Source: Sphaerodactylus townsendi (Eukaryota). Taken from it: a DNA stretch of 64,000 nt. The notes below the pieces were generated by a model. It made no database searches. It worked only from the letters and a program-made list of their open reading frames with translations, and had not been told where the DNA came from. Each line of letters opens with the position of its first letter. The stretch's first letter is position 1. Shown here one piece after another: positions 36,017-47,135 of the stretch. The stretch lies in contig NC_059426.1 in NCBI RefSeq assembly GCF_021028975.2, positions 76,694,001-76,758,000 of the forward strand. The letters are read 5' to 3'. The translations under genes and the position numbers were made by a program.

Positions 36017-37033
36017 TACTAGCGGGGCCCATCCATGCGTTGCTGTGACAATTGTCCTTCTCATCACAGTCCGCAACCCACACAGATGTCCATGCAGGTC
36101 CAATGATCCGCAGCATAGCCTTTTGGGGTGGTCAAATGGAATCCCTCTTTCCCTTTTCAATTCACATTGTTACATGGTGGTGTCTTGTTTTTTTAGTATA
36201 AGGTAACCCTTTCCTTTCTACAACGGAACTGTCCAGAGTGCAAATCCCGCTGTCCATGAGGCTGGTTGACATGCACAGTCCTGGCTTCGGGAAGGCAGAA
36301 CTGGGGCAAGGAGGCTATCTCAGTCAGGTAGCAGAGGCAGGGTGGTGAGGCGTTCAGATCGAGGCCAGCTCCCTGGGCCATGTGCAAAAGAAGCGGAGCC
36401 AGTAGTGTTGGTTCGCCCCCACCCCGTGGATTTTCTTAGAAGAAAAAGGCAAACTCCAGCTCGCTTTTAGTAAAAGAGAGCTGTGGCGAATATGGGTGAG
36501 GAAGTGGGTAAGTGGTGGTTGGATTTGAGGGAGGGCAGAGTGAGGCGTGTGAGGATGAGCTGGATGTGTATGAAAGTATGTGTGTTATGTGGTAGCAGTG
36601 GGTGAGGCACAGAGAGTGAAAGTTACCTGCGTGTGAGGGGGGAACCCCACCTGGTGTCTCACATGGCAAAGTGTGTATGTGTTTCACTTCCAATCGTATT
36701 TCTACCAGTATTACCTATTTACTGTTTTCACTGCTCATCTCTGCCCATCTGAGCGAACATTGTAAGCCATCATCCCAAGCCCTCAGGCCACAGACAGACA
36801 GGCTGCATGGACATTCTAAGGGTGACAGTTAAACAGAGGCAGCTTCATGGCCTGGTGCGCCAGGAAAAAGACGTTTTACCTGGCTCGGGTATGGACTTTT
36901 GGCGATTTGAAGGTCCGATTACCAGCCCGCAACAGGGAGGAACGTCATGTGAAAATTTGGGGGCGATCCGTCCAGCCGTTTCGGCGTTAGGGAGTGACTA
37001 ACAAAGTCACTGTTTGCTTTTTATATATATAGA
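36017..37033 (+). mobile_element. Non-autonomous Helitron/Helentron-like element
   Basis: 5' tactagcggggcccatccatgcgttgctgtg and 3' gatccgtccagccgtttcgg...acaaag...ctttttatatatataga resemble recalled Helitron-derivative termini; no TSD. Confidence 0.55.
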
Positions 37034-37259
37034 ATTACATAAAAATGCTTGTATTAAAAAAATTGACAATCAACTGTAAGAATGTAGGAATAGGTTCTGT
37101 AGTAGCAGTAATGAGAAACTGTGGGGGGGGGGTCATTACAATATAAAATCCTGAAGGCTGAGAAATAAGTCTAGCTTTGAATTTTTTGTTGCCAAAGTTG
37201 GAAAAAGTTGAAAAAAAATGTTGAAGTTGAAAAAAGTTGGGGGGAAAAAGTGTCAAGGC

Positions 37260-38334
37260 CAGGGACGTAGGTATAGATTTTTTATGGGGGGGGTGTTTGG
37301 GGGGGGAGCACACCCCACCTGTCCCTAGGGCATGGCCATGCCTCCCCAAGCCCCGCCCCTGGCCTAGCGCTTATAAAAGCAGCTCTCCGAGGTCGGGGAT
37401 GGCAGACTCCCCTCCCCTCCCCTCTGGGCAGAGGCATAGAGGGAAAATGGAGCCTGGTGCAAAATCTGAGTTTTGCGCCCCCCTCCCGGGCAGCCGCTGT
37501 GATGCTGGAATCTACCCCCAAACAGCATCACTTTCAATGGTGTTTAAACTAGAGAGCCCAAATTCTCCTTTTAAATCCACCTTAAAAGGAGAATCTGGGG
37601 TCCCTAGTTGAACAACATTGAAAGTGATGCTGTTTTGGGTGGATTGTCCCCCACCCTGAAACAGCATCACTTTCAATGTGGCATAGTGGTTAAGAGCAGG
37701 TGCATTCTAATCTGGAGGAACCGGGTTTGATTCCCTGCTCTGCCACTTGAGCTGTGGAGGCTTATCTGGGGAATTCAGATTAGCCTGTGCACTCCCACAC
37801 ACGCCAACTGGGTAACCTTGGGCTAGTCACAGCTTTTTGGAGCTCTCTCAGCCCCTCACAGGGTGTTTGTTGTGAGCGAGCAAGGGCAAGGAGATTGTAA
37901 GCCCCTTTGAGTCTCCTACAGGAGAGAAAGGGGGGATATAAATCCAAACTCTTCTTCTTCTTCTAAACTGAGGACCTCAGATTCTCTCTTTAAATCCATG
38001 CCGAAGGGGGTGGATTTAAAAGGAGAATCTGGGGAAATTTGGGGGGTGCCTGCTGTCAGGGGTGCAGTTGTTAAGCTAGAAGCACCAAACTTTCAGGGTA
38101 TCCATAACTTTGGACCCCCTGAACCAAACCTCACCAAACCCGGGTAGTATCATCAGGAGAGTCCCCCAAACAATCCATGAAAGTTTGGTGCTGCTAGCCC
38201 AAACAGTGCGCCCCCTGCAGGCCAAAAACTGAAAAAGCACTAAAATGTTTTAAAAACCCACAAACGGAGGGGCGGAGCTTTGGACATGAATGAGGGGGTT
38301 CAAACCCGAGAACCCCCCCTTACCTACGTCCATG
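37260..38334. mobile_element. Non-autonomous hAT element with a nested SINE
   Basis: Exact TSD gtcaaggc (37252-37259 / 38335-38342); TIR cagggacgtaggta / tacctacgtccatg. Confidence 0.9.
37678..37964 (+). mobile_element. Squam3-type SINE (long subfamily)
   Basis: Full copy, gtggcatagtggttaagagcagg...aaactcttcttcttcttc. Confidence 0.92.
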
Positions 38335-38722
38335 GTCAAGGCGTGTCTTAGTCTCTGTTCTTAAGACCAGAGGCCTCGAATCTCCACAGCCCAGAGGAAA
38401 AGGCTGGACTGGTGCCAACTGAAGAATATAGCCCATCAGCTTAAGACATGTTCTTCCGGTGCAGTTGGCTCATGCATTGATGGAACTTGCACCTTATGGC
38501 TACTGTGAAAAAGGCAGATTCTATACTGGTCATAATTAGAATAGGAATAGAGAGAATAAAACTGTTACTTTCGTATTTCCCTTATAAAGATCTGTGGTGA
38601 AACCATACTCTGAATACTGTGTAAACTACTGCACCTGAAAAAGGACATTGTAAAGCTTGAAAAGGTGCAGAAAACAGCAGTCAAAATTATCGGGGCTGGT
38701 GTAGTGGTTAAGAATGATAGAC

Positions 38723-39019
38723 GCAGTGGCGTAGGAGGTTAAGAGCTCATGTATCTAATCTGGAGGAACCGGGTTTGATTCCCAGCTCTGCCGCCTGAGC
38801 TGTGGAGGCTTATCTGGGGAATTCAGATTAGCCTGTGCACTCCCACACACGCCAGCTGGGTGACCTTGGGCTAGTCACAGCTCTACGGAGCTCTCTCAGC
38901 CCCACCTACCTCGCAGGGTGTTTGTTGTGAGGGGGGAAGGGCAAGGAGATTGTAAGCCCCTTTGAGTCTCCTGCAGGAGAGAAAGGGAGGATATAAATCC
39001 AAACTCTTCTTCTTCTTCT
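38723..39019 (+). mobile_element. Young Squam3-type SINE nested in an older SINE (38695-39352)
   Basis: gcagtggcgtaggaggttaagagctc...(ctt)n; the host SINE head gtagtggttaagaatgatagac resumes as taatctggagagctgag. Confidence 0.92.
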
Positions 39020-39113
39020 TAATCTGGAGAGCTGAGTTTGACTCCCTGCGCCTTCACATGAAGTCTACTGAATGACCTTGGGACAGTTACTGTTCTCTCA
39101 GAACTCTCTTAGC

Positions 39114-39249
39114 CAGTGGTGGGATCCAAATAATTTAACAACTGATTCCGGTGGTGGGATTCAAATAATTCAGGAACTGGTTGTTTACAAGCACCATTTT
39201 AGCAACCAGTTCTGCCAAAGTGGTGCGAACCTGCTGAATCCCACCACTG
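39114..39249. mobile_element. hAT MITE
   Basis: TIR cagtggtgggat / atcccaccactg; near-identical 8-bp TSD ctcttagc / ctctcaga. Confidence 0.82.
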
Positions 39250-40233
39250 CTCTCAGACCATGCGGAACAGGCAATGACAAACTCTTTCTAAATGTCCCTT
39301 GCTTTGAAAACTCCATGGAGTTGCATAAATCATTTGTGACTTTACAGCACATATAACCAGGACTGGTTAAAACACTTAGGGCTGTTTAGCTTTAAAAAAA
39401 GATAAGGGGAGAGATACTAGAGGTCCATAAAATTATGCATGGTGTGAAGACAGCAGGAAGCTCCAGTCAGCTCAGCTGGGCTTGCTCAGCTTGGAGAGTC
39501 TCAGTTTTGGCAATAATCCCTCTGTAAAAGTCAGTTGTTAAAAGTAATATTGTTAAAATAATTGGTTGGAGGAAATGGGAAGCAGAGGAAATATTAACCC
39601 TATTTTATTCCTTGTGGAAGCAATTCTCATTACTTTTTCTCTAATGTGGTTAAGAACATGATGTCTTCATATTTAGGGCGCAAGAGAAACATTTGTTCTA
39701 TGGCATTAGTTATAAGACATTAATTTATTAATGGGATTAATTTATGAAGTTATTAGATAACATAGTGCTTTGAAGTTCACACTTCCCAAATATGGACTAA
39801 ATGGTTCCATCTTCAGGCTTGATCAACAGAGAGATTCATTTCAATGACACTGAGGAAAATTGGTTTCCTGCAAGCCAGTAAATAATTCACCACGGAAGTG
39901 GACAGGTGACCACATTAGATTCGCTCTGCTATTTTTATATTTGCTGTGTCTATCTCTGACTTCTCCACTGTGGAATGACATTCTCATTTCATAATGTGCA
40001 GCTGTAACTTTTTTAAAAAATTGGAATAGGCTTTTTTCCCCTGAAAATATAATTCTTGTTTTAAAGTAGTTAGTAATTTTGAATAGAAGAAATTAAGGTC
40101 ATTTATTATACTGGAAAATTTGCAATTTTAGAAAGCTGAAGCAGTAGCTTATGACTTCCCGTTTGTTTCTGTCTCATTAGAGAGCAGTATATTCACAGTG
40201 TCTGAAACTGTGGTCCTTAATCCTAGGGTTGCT

Positions 40234-40238
<5 letters not shown>

Positions 40239-40266
<28 letters not shown>
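40239..40266. repeat. (TG)n microsatellite
   Basis: Direct reading. Confidence 0.95.
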
Positions 40267-40269
<3 letters not shown>

Positions 40270-41212
40270 GGTTTTTTTGGAAATACTGCTAGTGCACCTG
40301 TGTAGAGAGCAAACGAAATCATGTCTCTTGCCTACCTTTGTACACTTGCTGAGAAGAACAGGATGGTATGATGGAGAGGTTCCTTTTTTGTGTGCAAGCA
40401 GACTTGGAAGTGACCCTTCCCCACAAAAGCTCTCTGTTCTTGAAGCCTGGTCACCCTGCTCCAGTGCACTATGTACATGCTTGTGGGCAGAGACCTTTTA
40501 CGAATTTTCCTTTACCTTCTCTCTTCCTCTTGCTGCTTGGTTTCCATCCGGTCATAACTGCCTGCCAGGTCTCCAGTATTTTATTCATTATGTGCTTATA
40601 GTGTGGATCTTTGTGCTTATGGAGGTGATCTTCCATAGGTAGCAGGACCTCCATGCTGTAAATGGGCTTGTGGCACTGGATGACTGATGGGATTAGCAGT
40701 TGACTGGATGGGAGATGGTAGGGGGCAAGGGAGAGCTTTTGTGGGAATGTCTCTTTGAAAATTCCTGTGTTGGCTTGTTCCTCACTAGAATATAACTCCT
40801 GGTCTTCAGTGATCTGTGATTCTTATACTTTGCTGTCTGGTTTTGTTGCCATGATCATGGCCTTGACATTAGTAAGGTCACAATACTGATTCCTCCTTCT
40901 CTTCCTATCATATGATGCTGATGCCATGTGACTTTTTGTCTCATGCTTGCAGGTGAATGCACCTCGTGCTACTGCCTGGAGTTAAAGATGTGTCCCAGTA
41001 TTAGAAAGGCTGAGGACAACTAGTTCAGTATATATAAATGTTCTCTTTTTTGTCACCAAAGTACAGCTGACATGGCAACCACGTAGGTTTTTCAAGGCAA
41101 GAAATATTTGGAGGTGGATTGCCATTGCCTCCTTCCATGTTACAGATTCTATTGGGGAGGATTTTTAACCACCTTGACAATGGAAGAATCTGTATAGAAT
41201 AATTTATTAACG

Positions 41213-41458
41213 NNNNNNNNNNNNNNNNNNNNNNNNNNNNNNNNNNNNNNNNNNNNNNNNNNNNNNNNNNNNNNNNNNNNNNNNNNNNNNNNNNNNNNNN
41301 NNNNNNNNNNNNNNNNNNNNNNNNNNNNNNNNNNNNNNNNNNNNNNNNNNNNNNNNNNNNNNNNNNNNNNNNNNNNNNNNNNNNNNNNNNNNNNNNNNNN
41401 NNNNNNNNNNNNNNNNNNNNNNNNNNNNNNNNNNNNNNNNNNNNNNNNNNNNNNNNNN
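41213..41458. other. Assembly gap
   Basis: Run of N. Confidence 1.
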
Positions 41459-41589
41459 GTTTTTCTCTTAATGTGGGTTCAGGGGATCATTTATAAGACA
41501 GAATTGGTGGAAAGGGGCGTTTAACCCTGATAATTAGAGGTGCTTTTCCTTCTGCCAGGTTGCAAATCTGTAGGCAACAAGTAAACATA

Positions 41590-42381
41590 CCGTATATACT
41601 TGAGTATAAGCCGACCCAAATATAAGCCGAGGCATCTAATTTTACCACAAAAAACTGGGAAACTTACTGACTCGAGTATAAGCCTTCGAACTTGACTCAG
41701 TAGCAGCTAAAAACAGAAGATTTGGGAGCAAGATGAGATAGAGCTGCTTAACAGAGTTTACATTAGGGATGAACAGCTTTCCAGCACTCTAGGAACACAA
41801 ATGAACCACTGTTTTCCTCCAAATGTAGAATAATTCTGGGATTCATTGCCATGTTAGCCTAAACTTTGCTCCAAAGAAAGTCTTTGTCTTCAGCAACATC
41901 AGTATTTGGCAGTAAACTACTGTATGAAGAATTATATTCATCTAGAATGCAATGCACCAATAACCCTTAGGANNNNNNNNNNNNNNNNNNNNNNNNNNNN
42001 NNNNNNNNNNNNNNNNNNNNNNNNNNNNNNNNNNNNNNNNNNNNNNNNNNNNNNNNNNNNNNNNNNNNNNNNNNNNNNNNNNNNNNNNNNNNNNNNNNNN
42101 NNNNNNNNNNNNNNNNNNNNNNNNNNNNNNNNNNNNNNNNNNNNNNNNNNNNNNNNNNNNNNNNNNNNNNNNNNNTAAATCTATGCAGGCTGTCCTTACA
42201 GCTTGTTTTTACAGCTTTCTGGTGAGTTAGAAAAAAAGCAGCAACATGCTTACTGGATCCCCACAGCAACCCCAACTCCGGCCGCTGGGGGTTGCCGTAT
42301 ATACTCGAGTATAAGCTGAGGGGGGCTTTTTCAGCGTAAAAAATGTGCTGAAAAAGTAATCTTATACTCAAGTATGTATGG
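41590..42381. mobile_element. Non-autonomous Tc1/mariner-type element (CCGTATATACTCG family), spanning the assembly gap 41973-42175
   Basis: TA|ccgtatatacttgagtataagccga ... cttatactcaagtatgtatgg|TA. Confidence 0.8.
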
Positions 42382-44124
42382 TAATCTACAACCAGAGGCA
42401 TTTATAGGGGTGAACTGAATGAAGTGGAAAGAGTTGAATCCGCTCTTTATTGGTCTTGCCCTAAAGTTGTCCTTTATCCCTCCATTTTTTAACTTGTAAC
42501 TAATGAAGGATTGGCAATTACTTTTACACAGGTTGCCTATAGAGTCCTACGTGCTGTACTGGATTTGGATATTTAACTGATGCTGAATTCATTTTAGTGA
42601 CCAATTCAGTTCTGGTCAGAATAATTTATATATTGTGATGTGCACTGTAATACACAGCAAGGTAAAAAAAAAGACTTTACTATGACTGCAGCTGTATGAT
42701 TAGTTATTGCATGCCCTCTCTGATTCTTGGAGAATGTACGTATGAGTTAAAGTAGATGAGGTTGGAATAATTGTTTTCATCTTTTAAAAAAACTTCTTAG
42801 TATAGAGTACTAAGTATATAGTATCTTGGTTTGGATTGGAGCTGCAAAGGAAGATGCTCATTTGTTGCCTTCCAAAAGTTAATAACAGCAGAAAGGGGGC
42901 TGATCAGCAAAAGTAAAGCCACTTTTCCCATATAGCTCCACCTTTGGTCCTTTAAAGATGATTAGACAACCTAGCTCTGCCTTAACCAGTTTCAGCAAAT
43001 CATGGAGTTTGAAGCAGCCAAGAATAGGTCTGTTGGTTGGGGGTGGTGAATGTAACCATGCCAAAGTGTGAGTTTATCTGCTAGGGAGAATAAATTGTTT
43101 GTTTATGTCTGTAATCCAAGTGAGGTTCTTCTTTCAAGTTGTACCATAGATATCAGTAAATACTAGAAAAGAGCATTCATACGTCCTTTATGTAGAGTGG
43201 TTTGACATGCATACACCTTCTTGAATGAGGACTGAAATAGCCTGATTATTCAGAGTTTTAACAAATCAGCGTGGGCAGAAAAAAACTGAGCAAGGCTTCC
43301 AAGTTATATCATCAAAGCTGAACTTCTTGTTTCCTTCCTATCTGCTGCTATAAAGCCTAGGCATAGCCATAGGCATGAACATTTTGTCTTGAGCCAAAGG
43401 GCTCTTGGTCCTTGGCTGTTAGCACATACAACCCATGGCCTCTAATGAATCTGGACACAGAACCTGCCTGGAATCGGGGTTTTTTAATATTTATTATTTA
43501 AACTGTTTATTTAAATTGTATTTCTGCATGTTTATAAGCTGCTTAAAGTGCCTATTGGGGGAAAAGATGGGGTAATAAATTCCCTAGATAAATTAAACTT
43601 TGGATTTTGATAAAGTGTACACTAGCACATTACAGGCTACTAGACAGCAATACCACACACTGCCTGATTATCTAACCTTGATATTATTCTTTCCCATTGT
43701 ATCTGTAGAGAATAATGTGGTGGATCACTACTGATCCTTCCAGCATTGAAGCCAGCAGCTAAACATGCTTTGTTTGATTGGTTGGGAAGAATTGCTGAAC
43801 AAATCAAAACAGATTGTCCGAGAAGAGGCTGCCTGAAATGAGTGTGTTCTTGTCTAGCTTTTTCCAATTCAAAGATTTAGATTAATGTGTCAAATACCTT
43901 TGACAGTAATTTCCTTGGAATTATTACTCAGCGCTGATTTGTACAGCCTTATTTATCAAGCGGCAATTGCTACTGTTATAGAACAAAATGTTACAGCTTA
44001 GCTGCTGTGATTGGGGATTTTGCAGCATAAATACAATTTATACTTTGTCTCTGCTAAAGGTAAAAATGTGGTCGTGGTGGTGCAGCAGGAAATGGCAGCC
44101 ATGTCTTGCTGCCATTTAAAGAAG

Positions 44125-44464
44125 TCCCAATTCTCTGGTAGGTTTTAAAAAATTATTTTAAGTGCCTCTTGTGCCGCTTGTGTTAGAACATTTAGCCTGA
44201 GCACTATTAAGCTCGCTACCTTGATAAAAGAGCATTTTTAGTGCCTCTAAAGACTAATAGTGGAACTTGCCTATTGTGTCCACCATTTTGAGTTCGTGTC
44301 AGCACTCAAAATGGTGGACACAATAGGCAAGTTCTACTAATAATCTTTAGAGGCACTAAAATGCTTTATCAAGATAGCTTAATAGTACTCAGAATAAAGG
44401 TTCTGACACAAGCAGCACAAACAACACTTAAAATAACTTTTTAAAATTTACTGGAGAATCGGGA
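44125..44464. repeat. ~340-bp imperfect palindrome with a perfect 31-bp inner stem and 10-nt loop
   Basis: 44263-44293 is the reverse complement of 44304-44334; alignable arms extend outward with mismatches and indels. Confidence 0.95.
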
Positions 44465-44704
44465 TGGAGGAATAAGAGAGACTGTTTTGGTGTTAAATTC
44501 ATGTAGCATTGAGGCTCTTTCTTTCAGTGAAAGAACCTCAATGCTACATGAATTTGCAGCACCAAGACCTTCATGCAGTGGAATACTCCGCTGTGGTCCT
44601 AGTGCCTGCCCAGAGTATAGACACAAAATTGTTGAATCTGTGTTGTTTGATCCAAAACTAGTCACATTAATTGGGTTTATTCTTATGAAGCACTTCAGTA
44701 TTAT

Positions 44705-45554
44705 TGGAAACAATAAGGCAAGCAGATAAGAAACAAAATCAGACCGGGTAGCCAACCCCCCCAAAAAACTTGCCAAAAATTCAAGGAAGCTTATACTATG
44801 ATGAAACTATATTAATACATTCAATGAACATACACACATAATCATAAGAGAAACAAGTTCTACCATGAAATCATTCAAACTTAGTTGTAGTTCATTGAGA
44901 AAGAGTGCAAAGAGCGGTGGGACCTCTGTCCACTCACCGCACAGTCCAATGTTGGAAAACGGAACAGCCGGTGTCCGCAGCGAAGTAATCGCTGCTTCTG
45001 TTGTTGCTGCAAGTGTGCTGTTGGTGCTGCAAGTTTCTGTTTTTGCTGCAAGTGAATGCTGTTGGTGCTGCAAGTTTCTGTTGTAGCTTCAAGTGAAGAT
45101 TGCTGTTGGTGCTGCAAGTTTTGCTGTTGGTACTGCAAGTTTCTGTTGTTGCTGCAAGCTGCTGTTTCTGCTGCAAGTGAAGATTGCCTCTGTATATTGC
45201 TTTGCACATTAAAATTATCAACTTACCACTGCGGCTTGGCACACTTTAAATTGTCAACTTACCACTGCGACTTGGCACGCTTCAAATTAGACTCTTTGAT
45301 TACTTCGCTGCGGACACCGGCTGTTCGGTTTTCCAACATTGGACTGTGCGGTGAGTGGACAGAGGTCCCACCGCTCTTTGCACTCTTTCTCAATGAACTA
45401 CAACTAAATTTGAATGATTTCATGGTAGAACTTGTTTCTCTTATGATTATGTGTGTATGTTCATTGAATGTATTAATATAGTTTCATCATAGTATAAGCT
45501 TCCTTGAATTTTTGGCAAGTTTTTTTGGGGGGGTTGGCTACCCGGTCTGATTTT
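44705..45554. mobile_element. Young foldback insertion: 257/258-bp inverted arms, minisatellite spacer, 14-15-bp TSD; probably Penelope-like
   Basis: 44734-44990 vs 45298-45555 differ by about two substitutions and one indel; gcacttcagtattat at 44690-44704 and 45555-45569. Confidence 0.75.
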
Positions 45555-46939
45555 GCACTTCAGTATTATGCCACACAATTTGGGTGTAAGAGAGATTATT
45601 TCATTTTTATTGGATATCATAGCGTTGTACTCTGTAACTGGTGACTTTTGAAGGTCACTACTCTGAATCCTGAAGTAGGTAGTGTTACCATGGATGGTAA
45701 AGGGAAATGTTGAATAAACATGTGTTCATCTTAATCCAGAATACTTCAGCCCATTCAGATATTTGAAATTTGGCCATCCCATATGTGTGACACGCATCAT
45801 AAATTAACAGGTGGATATTCTTCATTCCTGCAATATCTCCATCTGTTTTTGTATTGGAAGGATCATACAAAATAGATTGGATGATGTGTAAGATTTCCAC
45901 AGGTGGAAGAGGGACCATTTTTGCTAACTCACACTTTTATATTATCATTGGTGGTTGGTCCAGTATTCCCCAGGAAGAGCTTGGGGATGCATTTTGAGTT
46001 GCAGTGGGAGTGGGTGAGAAAGTTGAGCTCCACAGGCAGATATCCATTCAATCCATAGACATTTTTAGTTGATCATAGTTACTAAATGCTTGCAGATTTA
46101 CTAAGACATGTATGTTCAATGTTACGTGAGGAGGCAGGCATGCTGTCTTCATGCCCCACTATACAGATAGGACTGTTAAATGTCTAAACTGGCCCTACCT
46201 TGCTTTGAAGATGTTCCCAACTCCTTTACACTTGTCAACGTAATGCAGCATTTTGGTCTTGTATGTTAAGATGGTGTCTTCTAGCATGTATAGAAAAGCC
46301 TTGTACTTGTTTCATAGTCTTCTGGTCACATACATCCTTGTGGTTTTACATACTCATGAACAGGATGTTACACCGGTTGCATTTGGTGACATGAACAAGT
46401 ACCTACAAATAGAACATACTTTGCAGGCAAAACAGGCTAATTACTGTTTTGTTCAGATTGGAACCCGTTGTATGGATATCACTGCTTCCTTGTTTGAGGC
46501 AGTAGGATTAGGCAGTTTAGCAAATGATTAAAACAAGTTCAAGTCTCTTTGTATTTGGAATGTGTTCACGTTTAATTACTGAAAATCTAAAATACTCTTT
46601 CAGTTGCCAAATGGAAAAGTTCTAGTAAACAAAAAGTGTATTATTTGGACAGAAACAGCCTTATACAGTTGCAGTTCGATTAGCAGCAGTAGTTGGATAT
46701 GGGATTAAACTTTGTAACATCAAAAACACTGAACTCTTTGGCAGAGTATATAAATGTTACAGCAGGATTAAGTGTTATCTAATGCTCTATATCATTTTAC
46801 ATAATTTTCATACAATGCATATGACTGATTAAAACAAATAACTTACAGGAGGGAGGCTCTACAGTAAAATCACTGCTGAAAATTCTAGATTCCATGGTGA
46901 CCTGGTGCCTGGCATTCATTGTTCTCAAACCTACTGTAG

Positions 46940-47135
46940 ATATATCCAATGTATCCACACTCACACACTTCACTCTCACATACGCATGTATTGGGTATAC
47001 GTTCAGGGTATTTTTTGTGAGTGTGTAACAGACTTCTCTCTGTGAAACACTGCTGAAGATGCAGCCACAGATGCAGGCTAAATGTTAGGAACAAGATCTA
47101 CCATAAACGGCCACACAGCCTGGAAAACCCACAAG
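46940..47135 (+). mobile_element. Penelope-like pLTR remnant with degenerate hammerhead motif
   Basis: CTGAAGAtgcagccacagatgcaggcTAAAtgttaggaacaagatctacc...ggccacacagcctggaaaacccaca; same family as 7551. Confidence 0.72.

Larger units (their letters stand above)
38495..39450 (+). mobile_element. CR1 LINE ORF2 C-terminal fragment interrupted by nested SINEs and a MITE
   Basis: Degenerate KKA..LG.I..GIE.K....PLY.S.V.P..EYCV....LKKDI.KLEKVQK.A.K.I.GL (38500-38698) resuming as LKHLGLFS..K...G...EVHKIMHGV (39365-39450). Confidence 0.8.

Noticed and set aside
37678-37745. SINE heads as tRNA genes
   Set aside because: They have A/B boxes but no cloverleaf, and continue into SINE bodies.
44807-45481. 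Gln/Ala/Thr-rich ORFs as a protein gene
   Set aside because: Products of the minisatellite spacer and mirrored arms of the foldback insertion.
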